A DNA stretch of 64,000 nt from Chrysomallon squamiferum (taxonomy: Eukaryota; Animalia; Mollusca): contig CM022665.1 in NCBI GenBank assembly GCA_012295275.1, forward strand, positions 28,582,001 to 28,646,000. The letters run 5' to 3'. Both the position numbers and the translations under genes were made by a program. The notes under the pieces are model-generated. The model was not told where the DNA came from and searched no databases. It worked only from the letters and a program-made list of their open reading frames with translations. Shown one piece after another: positions 1 to 12,800 of this stretch. Positions within the stretch are counted from its first letter, which is position 1, and each line of letters starts with the position of its first letter.

Positions 1-165
1 ATGGCAGTAGATGAGGATGAGCAGCAGAAGATTGTTGAAGGAGCAGATGCTCTGTTAAATTTGGCGGGAATATTGACACAAAGACACACAAAGAAGACAG
101 ATGTGACAAACAGTTCACAAACAGATAATATTCAAGTGAAACAGGAACCTGAATCAGGCTCCTAG
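1..165 (+). CDS. FOXN3: 3' end of terminal coding exon of a probable forkhead FoxN2/3 (CHES1-like) transcription factor; the rest of the gene lies upstream of the window
   Basis: Frame +1 reads MAVDEDEQQKIVEGADALLNLAGILTQRHTKKTDVTNSSQTDNIQVKQEPESGS*, TAG at 163-165. An acidic patch followed by xxALLNLAGI resembles the C-terminal EAAGSLLHLAGI motif of vertebrate FOXN2/FOXN3 (from memory). It also has a VKQE SUMO consensus. The forkhead domain is not in the window, so identity rests on one short motif. Confidence 0.55.
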   Translation: MAVDEDEQQKIVEGADALLNLAGILTQRHTKKTDVTNSSQTDNIQVKQEPESGS

Positions 166-2879
166 TGGATATGCAGAAATTAAACAGCTATTTTATATTA
201 TTATTATTATTATTATTTTAATTTTTTTTTTTTTTTTTTAATCATTTGTAGACTGCCATATGAGATTTCAGGGTGCTGTATCATGCTTCAATGATTTTTA
301 TTTCAAAAGCTACAGCAGGTGTATGCTTGGTTGTACCAGCAGAGATGGTCATGGTTGACTGCAATTTTATAGTCAATTTGTATCATTTGCAATGTTTGTT
401 TTAAATGTTTTTGTATTTTATAAAAGTCACTGAATAATGAGCATTAATGTTTTTGAATATTTAAAATTTATTATAGAATTCATGATTATGGGCTTTTTTT
501 TTACTTTCTGTTTTTTTAATTTAAAAATAATAGTAATTTGTCTCTGTGGAGAGTTGAAATGTTATTTCCCAGTGCAATTTCAGTTAACAAATTGTTGTTG
601 TAGGTTTCTAAAATCAGTTGAATTTTTGGTGCTCAAAATAAAAACAAGATTGTCTCTTGGAGACAGATTAGTCTGTAATTGTGCAATTTTATTTTACATT
701 ATGTAAATGTTCAGGTCAAAGCTGGATAACCATTATCTTGTTGGTTTTTTTTTTAATTCTTTTGTTTTGTTTTTTGCATTTTTTAAAAAGAATATTTGAT
801 AATAATCACTTTAAAAGCATCTATGGTCTCAAAAAAGGGCTTTTTAGAAAATTTAAAAAGCCTTAGATGTAGCAGATGGTTGGTTAGAATGGTATAAATG
901 TTACCATTTCTATTTATAAATCTGTTGTATGAAACTCTTAGTGTTTTGTTTGTATGATTCCCATTCATACAGGCAGAGAAATTCACTGTTAGAAAATATT
1001 CACCTTTTTATTATTTGTTTTCTTTTGTTTATTTCCCTTTAAACAGTTGGTTTTTAATCAAAAGATTTAAAAGTTTGAAAAGACTTGGCACTACTGAAAT
1101 TAGTTTGTTCTGGTGGTTTCATTCTTTTGTAAAGCAGTGCACATTTTTTCATTATTATGACTAGGATCTGGAAGGGGAAAGAGCAGATTTATTATTTTAA
1201 TTTTCTTTCTTACAGATATTTGTTTTAAATTTCAGTTAACCTGGTTATTTAAATATAACCTAACAATTTTTTTTTTTTTAAAAATGGAAAAAACAAAATA
1301 TGAACAGAATTTTTAAATTTGTTTTTAGGTTTATTTGTTTGGTTGAAAAAAGAAGTTTTTTCTCATATTGTTTTACATCATATTATTAAATAATTAGTTT
1401 CAAAATTATTATTTGTTGGATCATGGCATGTGTTTGTTACTGTTATTTAGTGCTCAGAGTGGGAACTTCCTCTCCTAAAGTGGCCATGACCTCCAAGCCT
1501 TTTTGTTTTTTGTTTTTTTTTATTTCGCATACTCTGCCTGTTGTGCATTAGGGAATCAACTGATTCCACATATTTTTGTTCAATATTTTTGTATGTAATA
1601 TTTCTGTTTTTTTTATTATTATTATTATTATTACTTTGCATTTAGTAGATTGTTTAACCATACATCATCATCATCCATATTGTTTTGTCTTTATTTCTTT
1701 TTGGCATTGGTATTATTTGTTGCTGATTTTGCTGAAATATTGTTCAGTGGTGAGAAACACAGTTTTGCTTAATAAATACCAAGACAACGTCATTAAATCA
1801 AACATAAAATTTTTGATTTTTTTTTTTTTTTTTTTGTAAATGGTAATTAACTTAATCTTCTTTGTTTTCATTTATTTTTTGTTAAAAAAAAGAAAAAAAA
1901 AAGGAACACCAAAACAAAAAGAAGAAAAAACCCCAAAACAAAAGGTTTTTAAAAATAATTTTAATTTCTTTCTTTTCTTTTTTTTCATGTGGAAGACACC
2001 AATCTATTCCTGTATGCTTAGAGGGGGGAGGGAAACATGCACAAGATAATGGTATCGATGCCATGAGGCAAATGAAATGAGAAAATCATTGATATCCATG
2101 TCATGTGGCATATTAATTATGTTAAATAACTGAAAATGTAGGAGAGGGTGTTTATGTAAACTGTGACTCATTTTGGAATTGTAATTTCCTCCTTGGAGGA
2201 TTTGAGCCAGTTTGATAATTCAAACATACAAACTGACTTAAAAGGAACATTTCCACAAGCTACTGCCTACAGGAAGACATTATACTTAAGACATTATACT
2301 ACATGTAAGTTATTATTTTATTTTTTTTTTTTTTTTCAAATGAAGTCAAGTGTGTACTCTTAAGAATATTGATTTTCTTCTTTAAATTTTATTTATTTTA
2401 TTTATTTTTTTTTTAAATAGAATAAGTAAAAACGAGATTAAATATTTATTTGTAAATTTTGTTTTTCTCACTTATGAACAAATATCTCATATTTATCATA
2501 TTTATCATGGAGAAGGGTGTACATTTCATTGTAATGGGAAGGTGCATTTTTTTAATTCTTAACATTAAACCTAGACCAGATATTTGTTGTATAATGTATT
2601 CAATAAAATATTTTACTTTTACTCTATATAATCTATATATTATATATATATATAAAATTATGTACTTGTATATATACCGGAAATGGGGAAAAAATTAGTC
2701 TTTTTTTTTTTTTTTTTTTTTTTTTTAGATTAAAGTAGAAATTTTTGAAGATTGTTTCATTTTAATAAAATGAAACATTAATTAGAAATAAGATAGAATT
2801 TAGTTGCAGGAGATAAATTTATAAAGGTATTTTGTAAAAAGATTTTCATCCTTCAAAACCAGACTCTTATCCTCATGAT

Positions 2880-3420
2880 GGAATATGCTTTCACAGTAAC
2901 AGATTTAACTTAATCATGAAATCAAAACTAATTTTTTTTTTTTTTTATAGAACATGTTTAATGAAGAAAACATTGGTAACAGATTTACACCATTTAGTAA
3001 TCATGAAGTAAAAAAAAACAAAAAAAAAACAGTTTTTCTGATAAGCATTTCATTTCTGTATATTTGTAAGAATATACTATATTCCAACATGATACTAAAT
3101 CCTGCTGAACTATTTAAACTATTGTTAAATTAGTTCTAAATCATGAAGAAAAAAGTACATTTTTCTAAAATATATATGTTCAATTTTTTATAGATATTTA
3201 AAAATATATATATATTGCAAGATACTGATTGCAGAGGAACTATTTAAAATACTGTTAAATTATTTTTTAGTCCTACGTCATAATGGAAAAAGTCAATTTT
3301 TCTGAAGTATTTATTTTGAATGTATTTATTGATACATACTTAAAAATATTACAGGATAGTAATTTCAGAGGAACTTTTTAAAATATTATTTCAAGTTCTG
3401 TTCATAAAGAAATGGTATTC
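2880..3420. repeat. Degenerate ~130 bp tandem repeat
   Basis: gatact..ttgcagaggaactatttaaaata.t.tt recurs at ~3091, ~3221 and ~3355; gtaacagattta...taatcatgaa recurs at ~2896 and ~2976. Confidence 0.6.
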
Positions 3421-6400
3421 TTTAATGTTTTAATAAAAGTTTATATTTTAAAATTTAATTTGTAATTATATAAATACATTTTTTGATATGTTGCAGCTAT
3501 TTATAATGCTGTAATACCATTTTTTTCCCCACTGACAAACCTGAAGAAAACAATTTGTTTTTTTCTTTTATTGTTGCATTGATTATTATTTAGCAATATC
3601 AGTGAGTTTAGAAAGAAATGTATTGTTTATAATTTTGTGTCTGGCAGCTTTAATGAACTTGAAAAGATTTTCAAGCTAAAAGCAAATCAATGCATCAAGT
3701 TAAAATAATGAAACAGCTACTTTCTCAGTTTGTGTACATAAACATGCAACATTATACACATCTGAAGAAAAAATAACTTCAAATGCTGTGTAGTTTTTAT
3801 TCTTTTTGTGTTTGTTTTTCTTTTTTAATTTAAGAAAAACAGCTTAGGTTTTATTGTTCAAAATATCTTTTCTTAATGAAAATGTAATGGGCAACAAAAC
3901 CAATGATTAATTTTGCTGTTACGGAATATATTGTTTTTGTATTAACCTCTGGCTGTATATAAATAACAAGTATTATGCTTCTCACATTAGACTAACAAAG
4001 TGCTCAGTATGTAAATAAACCTTTTGTTTTAAGCTGCTTCCAGGTTCATCTTAAATATGCATTGTTATTCTTCGTAAAATATTGTATCCAGTGTCATTTT
4101 AAACAAAGACAGGTAGATATATATTATATGCATGTATATGTAAATTTTACAGTCAGAAAATCTTTAATTATTAAACATTTGGCTTATAAAAATTATTCTT
4201 TACTTTAAATGTCATAAAGATAAATCTGAATAATCTATCTGAAAGAACATTTGCATTTTCACTATTGCATATAAACATCTTTAAGAACATTTTTTTTTAG
4301 AAAAATACCTTGATAATAGGTTACAGAATATGACTATGAATATGTATATTATGTAATGTAACTTTAAAAAAAAATATATAATAGTAATGAAAAATCAGAA
4401 AATAAAAAGTAACGTACTGAAGTTCAGCAATGCATATTGAGGAGGAGTAAATGTCTGTAGTTACTGTGATCTGAATGTGCCAAGATCTCGGATATTTTCA
4501 CAGGCATAACTGCCATAACTGGATGAGATAACACTTCCACATTATCATGTTTTAGGTAACCTTTAAACAGAATACCTATTGTCTTCCACTGCTTAAGCAG
4601 CTATTCTGATGTATGTACATTTTTCAAACTAGTAGAATAAAGCCATATCTTTGTTATGTCGCTGTATATATACTTAATGTGCTTTTACTTAAGGTCTTGT
4701 ATGTTGAAAACATTAGTGTTATCTGCTCTTGGTGTAGGAATTCTGAAAAAGAATTATTTTAACTTATCAGTTGATAGAACTATCTTGATATTTTAATGGT
4801 GTGGTAAATAATTTTTTTAGTGAATTCAAATTAGGAATGGTTTCTAATGTAGTCAAGACTTGAACTTAGTCTGTTTAGGTTTCTTGTATCAAGATCTCTT
4901 TAGTGATAATACCTGTTCACAGTTAAATAATAGAAACAACAATATTTAAAAAATGTTTTTCTTAAAATGCCCTTGGTTTAGAGTTAGAGATGACTGAAAA
5001 ATAAAAATAATGCAGACTGTTCTTTTTTTTTTCTTCTTTTTAATTTTTTAAATTTTTAAATTTTTTTAATGTAGTTTTCATTTGGTTTGTCCAATATACT
5101 CTAGCCAGCTAAAATTAAATATATTCCACATATATGACACTGAAGTAACTATGAAAAAGAAAAGATCATTCATTTCAGGATACAAGGCCTGTTTCTGTAA
5201 TATAATTTCGTCTTTTAAAACAAAAAAAAAACAAAAAAAAATTAAAAATCTACACAATAGATTTAATGTATCCTCTAAGAGTGGAATAATGATTTGAAAA
5301 AAAAAAAAAAATATATATATATATATGTATGTTTGTTATTTTTATAATGATGGAGAACAGAAAACCTGATTTTATTGTTGCTATAGTTTTACTAATTTCA
5401 TACTGATATATGTTTCTTTTATTTTCTTAAGACATTTTAGTTCTGTTATTAAGATGTAGTTAAGACTAAGCATTTATGCAGAATTTTATTTTCATATTTA
5501 TCAGTTACAGGTTAAAAAATCATTCAACTGCAATACATAATAAACATGTTGTAATAACAGTAATTTGTCTGCAGTCACTTATATTTTAACTTATGGTTGT
5601 TCATAACATAAAACATTGACGAAAACACAACTTTGTAACATATATAAAAAAACATAACAGTTTACAATAAAGGGTATGTCATTTTGCTTCAGCTACCTTT
5701 TTAAGTATGATTATGTTTGTTTAATAGATTGTCTAGTTTGTTTTTTCCTTTAATTCATGAACTTGCTTCAGCCTGTTTTTATTATTTTTGATTGATTGTT
5801 GGCTTGATTTTTTAAAGTAGACTTGTGGTATAGCTGAAAGTACACTTAAAACAGCAACAGTTAAAATACTACTACAAAGCACAATGTAGTTCATCACACA
5901 AATAAACTTGTGTAACAGTTTTGTTTAAATATTTGTCAGTGAGATACTAATTATATTGCTTGGAGATTATTATAACACTGCAATAAACTGACTGGTCCAT
6001 GCATTTCAGTTGGTGAAATTAGAAGAAATTTACATTTTGTATATTACAAGTGTTTTGTAAAGGAGAATTTTGAAACATGTAACTTCACTGATTGTAATTC
6101 ATTTGTTCTTATAGAACATGTGAGATTGTGTACCATCAATTATAGCCATAAGTCTACATTTTAAATAGTTTTATTGTGGATACATAGGAATGTATTTCAT
6201 TATTTTAAATTTTATTTGTTTTAAATTTAATTTTATTCTGCTGACATTTTGTTTTTTTTTTTTTTTTTTAAAAGATTGTATTTTTATAACTTCTAAATAA
6301 TTTAAATTTAATAATGTAATGTGTGGATAATTATTAATCTTGTTATTTTTGTTATTGAAATCATTGAATTTGGTTACTGAAGTGATCTCAAATGATGCAG

Positions 6401-9277
6401 GTTTTAAAGATGTGTGTATTATTATGCCAGTCAGTTTTAGTAGTTACTGTTGACAGATAAATGATCAAGTAATTGTTTGGTAGTATAAATTACAAGTCAT
6501 TAGTATCATTAATAATTGGAGTAATATGTTTTGTGTTACACATAGATAAAAGAAAAAGCTGGAAAGTCCAGTTGTCATTAGCATTTCTTTTTTTCAAAAT
6601 AAACTTTAATATTCTCCAAATGGCATATTGATCTTTTAAAATACAATTCCTTAATTATGGTAGAATATTTTTAAAAGTGATGTTTGAAAAATCCTCTCAG
6701 ACTAAAACACAGATGACTTTGTAATAGCTGCAGCAAGCATAAATCTGAACATTTTTTAAAAGCTGTTTGAAAGTCATTAATTCAGGCTTTTGGGCTTTCA
6801 CCTTAAGTTCAACACCAGTTCTTGCAGTTTAGAGTCCAGCTTTTTACTAAAGCTTGGAATTGTAATCCAACATAAAAAGAAAATTGAAGAGTACCAAACA
6901 TTTAATACATTTATTTGAACATGCTGATTAATTTCACATTCAGCTCTGTCTAAAAGCTTAATATTCAAGAATTTAAATTGTAAATTGATGAACATGGGCA
7001 AAATTAATGTAATATATTAATTTTTTACATGCACTAAAAAATTTAGTCCACAAAATATTTGTCTCTGGTAAAAGTTTAGACTGGAAAACATTTTTGCACG
7101 CACATGCACACATTTATTAAAAATTAGTCAGAACATTGATCTCCTATGTCTATTTTATTGACTTGAATGTGAATGTTCAGACTAGGAGTTCAGTGATGAC
7201 ATTTTGTTGTGACAAAAAGTGATAGTCTGCTGCTGTAGAAGTTAGACAACATCTGTTTGATTTGCTAGTGCTGTGTTTTCCTGTGTGGTCTTGTCAACTG
7301 TGCATGTTTGCTTAGCATACATTTTCTCACTTTGACAAACTGACCTTGCCCATGCATTCCTTCTTTTTTTTGTAAGACTTTTTTTATTGTTTAAATTTTA
7401 TCTTCATTGATGTCAAACCCATAGTTAAATAACTTTTAATTTTCACCATTTCATTCTTACATTTAATATACATAGTATATCAAATCAGCTGTTTTACCAT
7501 TTAATATAGTAATCTTTATTTTAATGTATGTATTTAGTTATTATTATTTTATTTTTAAATTTTTAGAACTTTTCTGATAAAATAATTTCTTGGTTATTAA
7601 CCAAAGATTCTTTTCTTAAAGGCAAATAATATTTTGGTCAGATAATGCTTTTTCATTTGGTATTGATCTATCTACCAATTACATTTTCTTGATGTCAGAA
7701 CACCCCAAGACCATGTTAAAGCCTTAATTGAAATATTAAATTCTTTATTATTTGAAACAAGTAGCAACAATGAATTAAGGGCAGAACAGCCACTTTAAAA
7801 AGTCACGTACAAAATTTGTCACAAAGCTTTCCAGCCAAGTTTAACTGTAAAAGGCAAAATAACATACAAGACAACCCACTGATCCTTGTTTTAGTCAACT
7901 TTTCATAAAAAAGTAATCATTATTTTCCATTGTAATTCATATACAGCAAACATGCACAGTAAATTAAAACTGCCATTCACCGTTATGATATTTACTAAGA
8001 TGTGTTCATCGGGAAACATGCTGTTTTGCTTCAGTTTTTCTTGTATAAAAATAACGATTTTTGTTACAGAATTTCATAAAAAGTTAGACAAAAGACAGCT
8101 GTTTCCTGCAGCAGAGCCAAAGCCAATATGGTGACATTTAGTATGGTGCAATACATAATTTGTTAGAAACTGTTTTGTAAAGTGTCATCTTGTTTAAGCC
8201 AAAATGTTTATGGCTTCCATCTTTTTGTTTTACTTAGACAAAATCATTTCCTTTGATTTGATGGCAATTTGAAATGTTTGAAAAATACATTTCAAACTTT
8301 GTAGGATTGTTCCCGTTTCCATACTTGAATGGTGTAATACCGTTTTCTAGTAACTCTTTATCAAGAGAGAGACATGCAGATGGATGGGTAGATATTTAAT
8401 TTTTCATATTTTTCAATTAAGTATATCAAACCACTTGTTTTGAAAACCAATCATGAAAGGTAACCAAATTTATTTTTTTAAATTACTAAAAAATATGTAA
8501 GGTAACTGCACAACATGTGGCTTGCTAGAACCTGTTAGATTTTGACACTTCTGTTCCATTAAGTTAGGCAGTTCAGATTTTAATTAAATGATATATTAAA
8601 TAATTTATCAAAGCAGTAGCAAGGTGCCATATCAATCAAATTTTAAATGTAAACTACAAGTAATAGCTTATAATGCTTTTTTATTAGTTGCTTCATGAAA
8701 GGTAACATGAACCTTCTTTAATAGAATTTTTTTTTGTTACATCATTACTATGCTGTGCATTACAAAAGTCATCACATGATCTCAACTGATTTTAAAATGC
8801 AGGTTTATCATGGTTTAAAGTGACTTAAGGATATTAAGTGACCTTGTTATTAATGAATGTTAAGTTTTTAGATGACTCTCTAAAAAAATATTCTATCTAC
8901 AATTTTGTGTAATTTTATTTTTATTTCTTTATGTATCTCTTTTAACTTGTTAACATGATGACTAATAACAAGGAATGTCAGTTGTAATTGTTACACTGTG
9001 AAGACTGTTCAGCAGTAGGTTATTATTGTTTTATCCCACTAGACACTGTTTTTACAACTGTGCAATAAGGTGCAGTTTGCTGCTGTATTGTTCTTGTGGG
9101 AACATCTGTTCTCAGTAGTGTATATTTGTACATAATGAAACAAAACAAAACAGCAAAAAAAAAATTAAAAAAAAATAAAAATTAAAAAAAAATACTATTT
9201 GAATTTTGTTTTCTGTCACTAACATTTATTATGTTTTTCTAACAGATTATATTATCTTCCCTGTTTTATTTTAAAAT

Positions 9278-9290
9278 AATAAAGTTTATT
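9278..9290. terminator. Candidate bidirectional polyadenylation signal AATAAA-G-TTTATT
   Basis: AATAAA on + (9278-9283) and on - (9285-9290), one base apart, between two convergent genes. Confidence 0.45.
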
Positions 9291-9856
9291 TATTTATATT
9301 TTATATTCCAGGCTAATAGTGTGTTAGTGAAAATGGCCTATCCAAAGGGAGATAATTCACAAACTAACTGTACTATGAACACTGCTGTAAATGTACATTT
9401 GTTTACAAACATAACAAGGTGATGTTTGGTAAGTGTGTGTTATAAATGTTTATTTACTGAAACTGTCAACTCAAAATCATGTGTTAACGCTAGATGCTAT
9501 GCCACAGACCAAAAGAGCAGTGGTACAAGTGAACTCACAGAGTCGGTCAATGTGTGACCACTGTTAGCAGCCAGGGAAGAACATCAATGTTCTGTTGTCT
9601 TAAGAAATCTGTTACAACATGAACAACATGTGGTCAGGCATTATCCTGCTGCAATATGATGTTATGTTCCTGTTCTTGAGCAAAGGGTAGGCCAAAAGGT
9701 TGAATGATGTCATTTTGATAGCTTATATCAGATCTGACTGCATTAGTCATTTTGTTCCCTTTCTGCTTTTATTTCATTCAAATTATATCTTCTTCTTTTT
9801 TTTTCCCTTTTTTTTTTTCAGTTAAGCTGTTGAACTGAAATTGTGAAGTCCAATAT

Positions 9857-12800
9857 TCATGAACAACACAGAGAGAGTAGTGTGTTTTCATTGCAGCCAT
9901 TTTGTATCACTGGAATGAGACTAATTATTGGTGCATGGTCATCTTCTGCCACCTCAGTTAAACTCTGTAACAGAACTGAAATGAAAAAATGATAATTTTT
10001 AAATTATTTTTGGAATAACTACTCAAGTAATTATTTCAACATCACTTAACTCTAAAACAGTGCTCTACGAGTGAGCCAAACATTTAATAAAAACGTTTTT
10101 ACTTTCTTTTCAGTATGCATACATATACACACCATAACACTAAAAAATACATTTAAAAAATATATATAATTTATAAATGAGAGAGGGGCAGATCAACAGA
10201 GAATGCACAATAACAATTTTGGATTAACTTTTTCCAAAGAAATTCTTGTTGAATTCCATATAATATATATATGTATATATAAAAACATACTAAATAAAAT
10301 TGTGTTTTGAACAAACCTGTGTACAGATTAGCTTGTGAACTGTGACTGACAGAATAGAAGATTCTTAACAATGGAATATCTGACCAGTTGAATAATGTCT
10401 TTTTAATAAGTTTATTAAAACATTCAAACATATGTCTGATAAACTTCTTGTATGACTGTGCATTATCTGTCATCTTTGGACATTCTGTGAAAAAACAAAA
10501 ACAACCATGTAATAACTAATATTTAAAAATGTTTGAAAGATGAAAGAAAGTTAGGTAATTGCAGTACATTACATGTACAAACATTATCTATGAATTTAAA
10601 ACAGAGCTCTGCAAGCCAAAAATAAAACATCCAACAAACAAGTGGCTCACTTTGTTATCTAATGCAAGAAGTGTAATATTTACTATTTTCATACATCCAA
10701 AGGTTAATACAAAAACAAATAATCTATTCCATAATAGCCAAATTAATTGTATTAAAAGATCATCAAATGTTTATTTTTATTTTTAATTTTCATTCTTTCG
10801 ATATTTAATTTTTAGCTGAAATTTTACTTTTTGTACCAACTTGAGTTTACCAATTAAAAGAAGAATAAATTAAAACTTTACCTAACATTCCAACACATGA
10901 GAAAAGTGTTTTATTTTCTCTAGAACAGTAACAGTGGAATGACACAGAATTGCTGTCATCTTTCTCATTAATGAAATGTTCTGAAAGGAAACATCATATA
11001 TATATATATAAAACAACAAAATGAATAAGGTAACATTTAATAAAACAACAAAATTAATATTTTGACCAAACATTTAAATGTTATATCTTTTTTCTGAAGA
11101 ATAAGACAATGGTTAATTAATAAATACATATATAGAGAGAGAGAAAAGTGTGTGTATGTATATACATATATAATATACAAACACCTATCATTTAGTTCAT
11201 CATAGTAATGATGGCAGTATTAAAACCTACTACCATCTTTTCCAGTGTTACCTTGAAGTTCTTCATCTCTAACATAAGCTGAAACTTGCCATTCGATTAG
11301 AGCACCTTTAGGTAAAGCTGGAACTACAACAATCTGTAGTAGAGATCTGTTTTCTGTTTCATCATCACTGGAATTTGTCTAAATATAAAAAAAAAGGTTT
11401 TGATAAAACAGATAGATCGACACATGGACAAAAGATTAAATGATCTTTGAAGTCATGTATCCCCTGAGTTTCTTACTTTATTGCAAAACTTTATTATTAG
11501 CAAAGATTGTTACAAAACAAAAACCAATAATAATAAATAATTTTTAAAAACAGATTTAGAAATAGATTTTAAAAAAAGGAACAAAAGAAATCAGAATAAA
11601 ATTAATAAAATTGTTTTATTGGTTTTTCTTAAAGGTATGTTTTATACTTGTACATTAATCTTACCTTGTAGTTTAATAAAGTTTTATTCCACTGTTTCTG
11701 TGCTGTCACAACATATGTACGATGTGTAACATAACACACAGCCAGTGTGACTCTGTCTAATGTACAACCACTGTGAATAGCTGTGAGAATTCTTTGGGTG
11801 TGTCTCAGAGAAAGTAAACATTGAGTGTTTATACCTCCATCTGTTATTTGTAGAGTAGCTGGTATCATGGCAATCTGACCAGCTACAAATATCTTGTCAC
11901 CTCTCTGGAAGATAAAATAAAAATGTAAATGTTAAATAAAGGATACATTAGAAGGCACAGTTAGTGTTATACAATATCTCTCTGATACATAATCTGATCC
12001 ATCATTTCTTTTTTAAATAAAATAAAAACAACAAAAACTAAAAATATTTATATATAATTATTTTTTATTATTCTCGAGTCTTTAAACATAACTAGACAGG
12101 TGGGGTTTTTTTGTTTTGTTTTTTCATATTATTTATGCTTGATTCATTTTAACTGGGAAAAAATGTTGACGACAACAAGTTACTGTGAAGTATGACTGTT
12201 TAGGATATATAATGAAATGATCTGTATTATCTTACCATTAGTGTTTGTGTGATAAATGAATAATACTTATGTATTTGATCTACAAGTATTTTGATGTCTG
12301 TTGTTTTTTATATCTTTAAGTAATGAAAAGATCAAACCTTGCAGGCCTGACTGTAGGGACCAATGTTTGCTGGGGCCCAGTGAGAGATGCTTTGTACATG
12401 CATAGTAGGCTCCTGTTGATCACACACACATCCACAACAGTCCAAAATCAGGGCCACATTGGGAGGGTTGCAGACCTCAACACACACTCTGAAAACACCA
12501 TGCCAGTAATAATTAACAAAAATTTGTTTAAAGAACACACCATTTTATACTAATTATTAAATTTCTATTACAAAAATATTTCACCTGACTGGAGGATTGA
12601 TTCCAAAGAATTTCTTATAAACAGAATTAATCTGAGCAAATTCTTTCATTGAGTGGACATACAGACATACAGAAACGATGTTCTCCATACTGAAACCCAT
12701 ATCTTCTACAGTTTCTAAAATTAAGCAAAATTTTTTTATCAATAACATACATAAAAAAAATAAAAAACATCAATAAATGACCAAACATTGAAAATAAATG

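Larger units (their letters stand above)
166..9310 (+). other. Putative very long 3'UTR of the FoxN2/3-like gene
   Basis: No spliceable coding exons found over ~9 kb. The + strand is T-rich up to ~9.3 kb, and an AATAAA at 9278-9283 is followed by CA and GT-rich sequence. Earlier AATAAA hexamers exist, so the true end is uncertain. Confidence 0.4.

Noticed and set aside
437-8134. Short F/L/I/K-rich ORFs in the first 8 kb
   Set aside because: Composition is what AT-rich non-coding DNA produces; there is no consistent exon chain
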